From Bugula neritina (Eukaryota > Animalia > Bryozoa), in the NCBI GenBank assembly GCA_964035545.1, contig CAXIUT010000311.1, forward strand, positions 1-23,220: a stretch of DNA of 23,220 bases, read 5' to 3'. Position numbers and translations under genes: made by a program. The stretch's first letter is position 1. Each line of letters begins with the position of its first letter. Below the pieces are notes generated by a model. It searched no databases, was not told the origin of the DNA, and saw nothing but the letters and a program-made list of their open reading frames with translations. Below are positions 10,579-20,814 of this stretch, in pieces.

Positions 10579-10668
10579 TCTTTTGTATTATCTCATAAAT
10601 CAACTTATTTTATCTATTTTTAATTAAAGCTCTTAAAGATGACATAATAGATTAAATTTGTGTGATGA

Positions 10669-11766
10669 TCAATGAGATTTGTAGAGGCTGATAAATTTTT
10701 GCCACCTTTGTGTTGATTTACTTGATAGAGGAATACCTTGACTCACGAGTTAGAATTTCCATCCATTTATTCTTAAGAATTTAAGAATAGTCATCACTTT
10801 ATTTTGTACTACAACTATAAAATGCTCCTAGTTGGGTACTACTGAAACCAATCTTAAGTTAAATTATTTAAAAGAAGTCAAAGATTTACATAATTCTTTA
10901 AAAGGATTTTCACAAGGTACTGTTGATATTCTGGTTGCTTTTATTTGTCGATTTCTGATGGCTGCTAGGAGTCCTTGTCCTCGAATATCTTCTTCTTGTA
11001 GTAATAAGAGCATTCCTTCAGTGGCACTTGTTCCTGCTAGTAAGTTGTTGATGAGAGGTTGAGATCTTAGACTGATAGCAAAGTAGGAAACTTCTTCTTG
11101 TGTTTCTTCTTCAACTAGAATTTAGTTTTTAGCACATCGAAGAGTATCAATGAGTAGTACTTTGATCGATTATAACTGTCCAATCAGGAGGAGCAAATAT
11201 TCCCCAAAGTTTACCTATCCAACTTTACCTTCTTTTCAATGTTTTTTATTTTTACCTTGATCTTGACCTTGAAGAGTTATCTCTATCATTGCTTTTTCTT
11301 TACGGTGAAATACTATTTTATCTTTTTCCTAAGTTATTGAGTGATGTTTGTTATTTCTTTGCCTAGTAGATTATCTTGAAAACACTGGCTAGCTCAAAAT
11401 CTATTTATTGTTTTTAAAAGATAAATTTTTTTACTTTGATGTAGATGGTTTCAGCATCGATGTCTCTTCTAAAACCTAGTAGCACATCATGACAGTTCAA
11501 GTTATAACTTTCGGATATTTATATTGTGTGAATGGCAAGGTTGGAAAGATTACAATCTTGAAATCCCAGATGAACATTTTTGGCAAAGTTTTAGAAGTCT
11601 TCTAGAGGGAAATTAACTTTTTTAAGAAGGAGATGGTAGTTGAATTCTGAAAGGGCTTGGTCGGAGTTGAGTAATTCGAGGTGAGTCTGAGAGCATAAGA
11701 AGGTACGATTCTGTAGGTTCGATTGGAGTGTTCTGGAATCATTGATTTGGACTGTTCTTTGATCAT
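10669..11766 (-). CDS. Hypothetical protein with a divergent RRM-like N-terminus and RS-type linker; frame break or longer intron near 11115-11208
   Basis: ATG 11766, 20-nt intron 11687-11706. YHLLLKKVNF...DVLLGFRRDIDAETIYIKVKKFIFEKQEIDFELA resembles the RRM pattern, then SSRSRSRE. The frame stops at TGA 11147-11149, while the +1 frame continues to TGA 10669. Confidence 0.6.
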
Positions 11767-11851
11767 TGGTATTATATTAAGTCAGATCTAAGTAGATGAC
11801 TTATCTGATAATCTATAAATAATATATAGGTGAAGATAATAGATCAGGCGG

Positions 11852-12415
11852 ATGGGAAGTATTTGTGCTAACACATTTGAAAAAGAAGAAGGAACTTAAA
11901 CGATAGATACATATAAGAATTCAGTTTAGTTGTAGGTGCAGTTGGGCTAACGTAGCCACTTGTATTTTATTTTGGGTATTCTATTTTCTATGAAGGTCAC
12001 TATAAACAGCATAGATCTGACTCTCTTTTGGTTGTGACTCAACTAAAACATATCAAATATTGCGACCCTATTCGAGATTATACTCATGATCCTGATAAAA
12101 CTCTATAAATCATCAATAATATGCGCAGTAGGGATTTCTGTTATCTTAGAAACTTTCTATAAGGCCATTACGACCAAAAATTGTCCGTATAAAAAGCTGT
12201 TTCTTTGCATTTTGCCTCCCTACCTCAGTGAAGAAAGAGAGGATTATATTCAGCAGTTTCAGAATATAGTGAGGGAGGCTTTGGATTGGAGTAGAGATAT
12301 AACTATAGAGTTTTTAATACAATAGAAAGCATTCATAATGTGCCTAGTCAGATGCTTTTAAATATATTTTTAAAGGAATTAATAAAAACAGAAAAAGATA
12401 CTCGGGTAGCCATGA
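11852..12415 (+). CDS. Hypothetical protein with N-terminal MGSIC (possible myristoylation/palmitoylation)
   Basis: ATG 11852, 20-nt intron 11976-11995. Needs a +1 adjustment before TGA 12229, either a 22-nt intron at 12128-12149 or an extra A at 12191-12195. The 3' end is uncertain (12415, or 12501 with a further -1). Confidence 0.55.
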
Positions 12416-12689
12416 TAACAACAGAGAAAAAGATGCTTAATATGTATAGATATGAACTACTAAAAAGTTAAGCTTATATAGTAACTCAGAATTCAGTTTG
12501 ATAATTGTAATATTTAAGATAATTATATATTTTTAACTCAATTAGTGACTAAAAGCTCTTCTAATCTAGCTATTTATTTAGTTAAATTCTATATACATCA
12601 TGTTGATTTTAACTAATTGCAATTCTATAAATAGAAGTGTCTTTAAAGTTATTGAAAACTAAAGGTTATTATCCTAACTAATCTTGTCA

Positions 12690-14005
12690 ATGAAAATAAT
12701 CACTCTCAATCATAAAAAAATTAAAATATAAAATTAAGAAAAGAGGTACACCCTTAGATCTTAAAATCAAAAAGAAAAACAAATTGCTCTTTCCAATACT
12801 AAAATAAATAAATCAGTTAAAACTAAAAAAATAAAGAAAACTGTGAAGAAAAATCAACTCAAAAATAATAACAAAAAATCTATAAATGATAATAAGAAGA
12901 AAAACAATAAAAAGCAATCCAAAAAAGTAACAAAAAAAGTTAAAAAGTAATCAAAAAGTAAACAAAAGAGTCAAATAAAACTTGAAATTCTTCAAAAGCA
13001 AAAGAAAAAGTAAACTAAAACAAATTCTAGATCAAAAGGATTAAAAAAAGAATTTATTCCAAAGAATAATAAAGAATAAACTTCTAAGAGATAGTTAAAA
13101 AAAAATAGACCTTCTTCAAAGTTTCCAAAAAAATCAAAGACAAAGCCAAGATAACGTTCAAATTCTCAGACAATAAAAAAGATATCACAAAAAAAGAAAA
13201 AGTTACCTCCAAAGAAGACTTCAAATTAGGCTTATCAAAAATAATCTAGAAGGGTTTTATCTCCAGTAAAAATATAGAAGATAAGTAGAAAGCTAGATGT
13301 TTCTAAAATGAGAGCAAAGAAAGTGAAAGAGGAAGCATATATACTGAAGATATAATAATCTTAAATATAGAATATAAAGTTGAGATAATAGTAAAAAAGC
13401 AATAAATTTGATCAGAAGACTGTTCCTCAACAGAAGTTTAAATCTATTGCCTAATTGTAGCGGATAAAGAAATATGTTGATGAAAGGATATGTCTATACA
13501 ATGTTGAGAAGTTAGATAGTGGGGAGTGGAAGTTTAGAGTTTTTGCTGAAAAAGGTAAAATATATACAGTTAGATTACATAATAAAGTAGTTGTTTGCAG
13601 TTGTTTGGAATCAAGAATAAGTAGAAAGCCTTGCAGACATATTTACTTCATTCTGGGCAGAGTTGGCAAAAATGAAGCAGTTCTTCAGGAATACATCAAC
13701 GACAATGCCAATCTTGATGCATTTAGTCAAATAGATAAAGATCTAACAAAGAGACTAAGGTTGAGAATGAATGGAATTGAGACAGAAGATCCAATTAAAG
13801 ACAATGAATGTCAATTTTGTTTTAGTGAGTTAAAAGAGAAGATGAAGTTTTGAGTGAATGCAGGGAATGCAAGAAATATTTTCACAGTGATTGTATAAAG
13901 AGATGGAAGACATTCAGAAGCTACTGTCCGTGTTGTAGCAAACAAATGGATGTCAATGTTAAAATGTAGGAATCTGAGTTATAGTTATAGCTAGAGTAGA
14001 TCTGA
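12690..14005 (+). CDS. SWIM zinc finger + RING finger protein (ZSWIM2/MEKK1-type module) with a long Lys-rich N-terminus; -1 frame break inside the RING
   Basis: SWIM: FRVFAEKGKIYTVRLHNKVVVCSCLESRISRKPCRHIYFILGRV. The first half of the RING (CQFC) is in frame 0, which stops at 13851. The second half (CRECKKYFHSDCIKRWKTFRSYCPCC) is in the -1 frame, ending TGA 14003-14005. An in-frame ATG also exists at 12600. Confidence 0.82.
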
Positions 14006-14166
14006 TGGTTTATTCTTCTTTATTAAAATTATCTATTGATTTTGATAGTGTTTTTCGTTATCAAAGGCTATTATATTGTTAGTTATGCCTGTATTTTATT
14101 ATTTCTATATTCTACTATGTTCTTCTATTAGATTTAAGGAATAGAAGTAATTAATTATTCTATAAG

Positions 14167-17100
14167 ATGGGAAGCGAATGCTTGGCAACAACCCCTTTCT
14201 AAAAATACAGTATCTATCATCTTATTTAGATCGATTCTTCTAAGGTATCAACATCGCCTAACTGAAAGATCTTTGGCCAACAGTTAAAATTTACAAGATG
14301 AAATCTATATTTGAGGACAACTCTGAACCTAATCCTCAATATCCCAGTCACTCACATTTGCCTTATTAAAAATTCAAGAATGTTTTTCCTGAATTAGCCT
14401 CTTATCCTGAACAGCAGATCAAAATACTATTCGAGTTTTTCGATACTGATAGTAAAGGATTTGTAGATTGGGATTCTTTCTTATCAGCTTTGACAATATG
14501 TTACTATGGATCTGAAAAAGACTTGTCTGTTATAATGTTTCTGATGTTTGATCACTCTTTGGATTTCCAGTTAGATGATGCTTATCTCAAATTGATGGTA
14601 TAATGTAATGAAGCTCATCTAAAGGGAGATGACCTTGAATTACTTGATTACTAGGAAGTTATTGAACAACTAAGACAAGGTTAGTTTTTCACTATAGAAA
14701 GGTGGTTGAAAGAAGGATTAAAATACTTTGATTTTAGTAAGTTTAGAACAGTATTCAAGTTATTTCAGGAATAAAAAATGGAAAAAGAACTAATTAAAAA
14801 CTTCCATAGTTGGAATAGCGTATTTAATGAGTAGAAGGGAAAGTATATAGGTTATTTAGTGAATTTGAAATGGTTTTAAAGCTGGAGAATGTATGTTTTC
14901 CATCACTATAACATCAATATTGACATCTACTGCACAGATCTACAAACTATTAATACTGTCAAAACAACCAAAAGAGGTATGAAATCAACAAAGTCTCTTA
15001 AATAAACAAAAAAAGCTCTACTTGACTCGAATAAAGAACAACATGGATTTAGAGTTATGAAATTGCCTAGAGATACAACCAAGGAGTCCATTATCAAAGA
15101 TTTCGACTGTATTCATCGACATCTAGGAGAAAGACCAAGATAAATAACCAATTAGTTGCTTTAAGGAGAGTTCCAATAAGTATTAAGGAGTAATATGAGT
15201 GAGAATATGGATTATGTAATAATCTCAGAGAAAATATGGAAAAATTTGAAAAATATTTACGGAGGGTATCTCTAATTAAGAAGAACTGGATTTGACACTA
15301 TCTAGTTATATCCTAAATTGGCATGTATTTATTCTTCTTTTTTCAAGGGATGCCTTGACTATTCTTCTTAAACTTTGAGAGAAGTAAGTTCTTATATTCA
15401 AATTAGTCAAGTCTTGATGAGTTCATGTTAGATTACAGAAGAACAACTTAGTTCTAAGATAGTATATTTTAAGACTATTGGAATGAAAACTTGGTAAGAA
15501 GTAGAGGATATATCGATATTGTTTGCTGAGTTGACTTCATAGGTTTTGATCTTTTTGGTTTGTTTGTCTGAAGATCAAAAGGAAGCTTTCTAGAAAGCTC
15601 ATCAAAAGCCACCAAAATCAGTAACTGAAGTCAACCTTGGAGATTATTTGCTATTCGTGGATGCTAAGGGTCAATAACATACAGTAGTATTTATGGGTAA
15701 AAGTGTTGAAGGAAAGTATATTTTACACTTTAGTGGAGAATCTCATAGCAAGGATCTTTGTATGCTTGAAGTTTAATTTCGCAAGAAGTGTAAGTTAAGG
15801 CCTCGTATGTCTGAGATTGAGCCTGAGAAAAGAATTCACTGTGGAATGATGGGTTTGCCTAGTGGTCCTGGTTTGGGATTTATCAATACTATTCTAATAC
15901 AGTTATTTGGACATCGATAAATAAAGAAGTTGTTTCAGATGACAAAAGAATACAGAGATGATAAGTTGTTTTACTGTTTGACAAAGATCAATAATCTTTT
16001 GTTTAATCAGGAAAAGGTGGATAGTAGTGAGATAAAGATCATAGTTGAAGTATTTTTGAGTAGATTTAACAACTTTGACGTGACTATGTGTTTGGGGGTA
16101 TAAATATTTAAATTTAGGTTTTGAACGAGATGTTTACCCTGTTATCAACTGAATTTCAGGAGTAGAAATATCCAAATGTTCCTGGACAATATTTTGAGAT
16201 CTAGTTGTAGAAGAATATAAAGTGTTTTTAGTGTTCGAAGGTCAATTCTACGAGAGAAAGTTCATATGTGTATAAAGTGCTATTACCTTAACAATAATTT
16301 CAATATTTCAAGATAGTTTGGGTTCCTTTATACATGAACTCATAAAAAATAGTTTAAATTGTCCTTAAAATAGGTAAAGATGCTACTTTGGTACTTTACT
16401 ATCTATTTAGGAATAACTTATGAAAGCGATGGAAATGGAAATAGGCATAAATTAAAAACCATATATTTTGGCATAAGTTCAAGGCAGTGACATTATTAGA
16501 AATTTCAATTTTACTCTCAAAACAAGCAAATTAGAAAGTCTTAAAATCAGATAAGGAGACCAACTATTTGCCTTCTAACTAGTTAAAGACTTTAATTCTT
16601 TTGTGGGAAGTCATTTTAGCAATAGAGAGATGATTCACTAGGATTAGATCAAAAAAGATCAATTAATTGATTGCAAACACGATTAAAAAGGATGGATATT
16701 TGGAAAAGTTATCGAGTTAGAATTTTTACCTTACACTCAGGCTTCATTGGTAAGAGTCATGCATAAATTCAATAAAAATGAGAACTGGGAGATCACTTAC
16801 AACTGCTTCGAGGAGTATGTAGCGAGATTTCCTTTGAAAAGTCATCAAAATAGTTAACATTATCACTTGAAGGTGCAACAACGTTGTTTCAATGAGGTGT
16901 CTAACTCTATGCAGCTGATAGGTATTCCTTTAATTATGGGTTTGCCTGCTTGGATGAGATGGAAATAATTCTTTTTCTTTATTTATCTACAAATCAACCG
17001 TTTTATTACTGAACAATTTGGTTTTGATGTGTCAACTTTTTCTGAGCCGCCTATTAAAAAATCAACTACTAAAGGTAAAAGTACTTATTCTACTGTTGAT

Positions 17101-17811
17101 AAATTCAAAGAGTATAAGAGTAGTAGTCGTTTTCCTTATGATTTGAGATTTGTGGATAGTGAGAGTAGATGTGTGGTCTGTTTGAAATTTTTGAAGTCTT
17201 AAGTTTTCAAGGGAGAAAGATAAAGTTACTGTTAGGGTTGTTAGTTGTCTCAAAGTGAGCCTATTAGTTGGCAGGTCAAGCCTACTGATTTGATAGTTTG
17301 CATTGATTGGAGAGGAGCTGATAGATATAAAAGAGAATATATTAGCAATAGTGGAGCTGCTGATGCAAAGATATCTGAGCTGCATAAACAGGAAGAGTGT
17401 TCTCTTGGCACTTGTTTATCTAAGATGAAAACTGAATATATAGAAAAAGATGAGTTTTTATGCTGCAATATGCTAACTTAAAAGAAGATATCAGAAAAGA
17501 TACTGAAAACACCAAACAACTTGACCATCTATATTGAACGAATTCAACAAGAACTTGATGGGTTTAAGAAGATAGTGAATCGTCCAATGAAGATAGTGTT
17601 TGAGGGGTTAGTTATGCAAGATAAGAAGTACAATTTGATTGGTTTGACATCTGTGGAAGGAGAAAATCTTAACATCAGATATAAAACTTATACTATCAAG
17701 GGCAAAGGAGAGTGGTATGAATATGATGGACAACTCGTTCGGGTAGTCGATCAAAAACACCTTGAGAAGTAGTGCGCCTTGGTACTTTACTACTAAAAGA
17801 TATAAAAATGA
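14167..17811 (+). CDS. USP32-like protein (EF-hands + DUSP + split USP domain), catalytically degenerate, about 1194 aa
   Basis: Three 20-nt introns (14210-14229, 16098-16117, 16391-16410). EF-hand LFEFFDTDSKGFVDWDSFLSAL; DUSP YLVNLKWFESWRMYV...DYVIISEKIWKNLKNIYGG...IELYP; USP finger IKCFECSKVNSTRE; USP32-type FPYDLRFVD..CVVC..YCEGC..IDW; terminal YNLIG...WYEYD...ALVLYYE. Confidence 0.88.
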
Positions 17812-17955
17812 TCTACTTACTTTTTATACTTTATAGCTAATTTATAATCTTGTAACTTACTCTTTACTTTAGAGTTAATTTATAACTTAGTAACTTTTTT
17901 AGTTTCTTCTTGATCTACTTGATGATAATATTAGTCGTGATATTTATAATAGATA

Positions 17956-19176
17956 ATGCAGGAAGAGGATAGAGGAATGGAGGTGGAGGGTGGAGGTGAA
18001 GAGAACGGAGAAGAATATTTGCAGAGCAGTGTGTCTATAAACAAGGTCGTATTCGAATGCTGATAAAGAGAACTTTGAAGAGTCTCATCGGAGACATCTT
18101 GCTCTCCCACAGTGCATATGATTGTATGCCTATCAACTCAGCCATGTGTTCAATTGACAAGTCAGTTTCGTTGGTTAGTGCAATAAATATTTTTATCAAC
18201 TAGAAGGTACAAGGTTAATGATGAAGGTTGACGAGTTGTTGGTCTGGGACGAGGATGAATCCAAGTGGGTGTGGATGCTAACAATAGCTGACATATTGAG
18301 GCTGATTATTCACGCTATCAAATGTGTAACTCGTAAGTTGCCTTTAAGTGAGTTTGTTCTAAGTAGACTTCTAACATTTTTAAATAGGAAAGGAGGAGAA
18401 TATTCCTGAGGTCGAGAAGTAAGAAATGGATGATTTAGAGAGCAGTTGTCGGTGGCAATACAGGAATTGAGCAATAAGTGTTTGGGCTAGATAATAAGTG
18501 AGTTTCCCAAGCACTCTACTGTGAGGGGTAACTATATAAGGCTGAAGTCTGTGGTGAAGGAATCAAAGTTGTCTTATATCGTGTTGACGATGATCGACTA
18601 GAAGATCCATAGAATGCTGATTGAAGATGTGGATTCAAAGATGATGATATCTATCATCAACTTTAAAGACATTTTGATATTTTTGTTGAGAATAGCCAAT
18701 TAATCTTCAATTTAGGTCTATTCACGAGTACCTATTCAATCCTTTTTGGAGAGTAACTTTCTCAGAGAGAAGTATGTCTTTAAAGATCAAAAAGTCATCT
18801 AGGCTTTTAGACTCATGTCTGAAATACATCAGAGCTTGTGGATTAACGTGGTTGATAGAGAAATGAAGTTTGTAGGAGTTATGTTTAGAAAAGATATCAA
18901 GACTGTGCTCAGAGAGTGGAATATTGAGTGGGTAAATCAGTTATGAGATAGATGTGGATGACAGTAGGAGACTTTCTGAATTTGAAGACTAAAAAAGACC
19001 AGTCTAGGATTCCTGAGTATCGTTATTTTGATTTGGAGGATACTACTAAGTAGATACTATGGAAGATGGTGATGAGTAGGAATAATGTGATAGTTTGTTT
19101 GGATAAGCAATCCAATCGAGTGATAGCCACTATCGGTCTAATGGAACTCTTCAACCTTTATGTCCAGTACTCTTGA
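17956..19176 (+). CDS. AMPK gamma / SNF4-like CBS-domain protein, about 361-371 aa, divergent
   Basis: Introns 18049-18068, 18207-18226, 18419-18438, 18932-18951 (all 20 nt) plus one ending at 18387 (25 or 55 nt). LSHSAYDCMPINSAMCSIDKSVSLVSAINIFINEKVDELLVWDEDESKWVWMLTIADIL matches the AMPK-gamma CBS1 pattern, and KIHRMLIED matches KIHRLPVID. Confidence 0.85.
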
Positions 19177-19256
19177 CTTCAACTTCTATAATTTCTATAA
19201 AACTATTATTATCTAAAGATATCTGATTAAATTCATTAAATTAATGCACTAGACAA

Positions 19257-20737
19257 TCACAATTGTATCAGATTAAGAAATCCCTCTCTATCTCCCAGCA
19301 GCAGTCCCTCTCTATCTCCCAGTAACAGCCCTTCTCTATCTCCCAGCAGCAGCCCTTCTCTATCTCCCAACAGCAGTCTTTCTTTATCTTTACTGGAATA
19401 TAGATTGATTATTTATTATTTTTAATTTTATCTTTGTTTGTATGTCTAGATCATCTTTGATATTAGATCTTTTCTACTATCTATTTTAAAGGATATATAC
19501 TTTGAAAAACCAAATTTTTGATTATATTGCTGGTAAGATTTGTATATTTTTAAAGAAATTGGCTAATTGATGGATCAATGGAGATAGGTTCTGAGTTGAT
19601 GTTTGTATTTAAGTTGTACTATGCCTGGTAGTGATAAGAGCAGTATAATATTGTTGATAATTATTTTGTTTTTATTAGTTTATAGCTACATATTTTCTAT
19701 ATTTATTTACAACTACAAATTAATATTCTGCCTAACTCTATATCTTTTATCTCTGATATTTGATAAATCCTAACTATACCTTCATCTGTGCCAATAACTA
19801 GTTGATCTTAGAATGTTTAAAGCATGACAAGAGTATCAAATTTATCCATTTTAATGGTTTGTTTTCGTTATCCTTTCAAATCATAGACCATCAGTTGATG
19901 TTAGTGATTATAGATGAAGATTATTTGATGTTTTTGAGAGTAAGTAGAAGTTATTATTCTTTATAAATTATAAATATTTACTTTTAGTGCCAAATTAGAA
20001 CACATCTATGCCTGCTCTTTACACCTATTCAAACTTTAAAAACTATTTATAACTGCTAGTTCTTGATTCGACTGAGGAGTCAACCATTGCCATAAGTTAT
20101 TCAGTCCAAAAATAGCTACTGTATGATATTACTCGCATTGATAATCTTCTTGCATGTAGATAGTTGATTATTAGATATTCCCCTCATTAATTTATCTTTG
20201 TTACTTTGAAGAGATGCTGTGTTTGATAGTAATGACTAGATGTGATGAATTGACTCGATAGTTGATGTTAGATTTGTTATTTTTTATTTTTTATTTCATT
20301 TTTTATAAATTATCTTCTCTTAGTAAAAATGCTTACATTTTACTACTCTTTTTTAGTGATTAATAAAGTTGACTTAACCTATTTAGTTTGTCTTATCTTC
20401 TGCTTCTTTTCTAATCGTATTCTGCTATCTTATACTCATCGATATCTACTTCTTAAATTCCATCATAATTCATCTAAATATCACTTTTCGAGTGTTTGAG
20501 TCGAAGTTGTTCTAATATGCTTTATTTTAAAATCTCAACTGAAAATTCTATCTTTTTTATTTTAAGGGAATTATTTATGTAGATCTGATAAAGTTTGCTG
20601 TACTATTTAGGCTGTTAAGGAAAAACTATTGATTTAGATATGGGTTGTTCAAGCTGGTTGGTCTACTATTCGTTGTTACTGGAAGAAAAACTTTAATAGA
20701 TATCTTATTAGTCGTAGTTGGACCTTGACTTTCTCAT
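19257..20737 (-). CDS. Hypothetical protein with C-terminal WD40/beta-propeller-like motifs, about 486 aa
   Basis: ATG 20737, 20-nt intron 19481-19500, TGA 19257. Motifs IFIYNHEHQLMVYDL, LVIGTDEGIVRIYQI and LLLGDREGFLNLIQL resemble WD40 blade ends. Confidence 0.72.
19281..19376 (-). repeat. 24-bp coding tandem repeat x4 encoding LLLGDREG
   Basis: Plus-strand units TCCCTCTCTATCTCCCAGCAGCAG and variants at 19281, 19305, 19329, 19353. All differences between units are synonymous in the minus-strand frame. Confidence 0.92.
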
Positions 20738-20814
20738 ATTATGATATGAGATGATGAGTTATTATTGTTATTATTGGTGATAACTGAAATATTGAGGTGA
20801 TATATAAACATATG

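Noticed and set aside
293-19500. 20-nt inserts as IES remnants or transposon footprints
   Set aside because: They have strand-oriented GTA...AG ends matching each gene's sense strand, with no TA-bounded inverted consensus and no target-site duplications.
19959-19981. Possible 23-nt intron GTAAATATTTATAATTTATAAAG (minus strand)
   Set aside because: The unspliced frame is open and leads into the WD40-like motifs; removing it would shift the frame.
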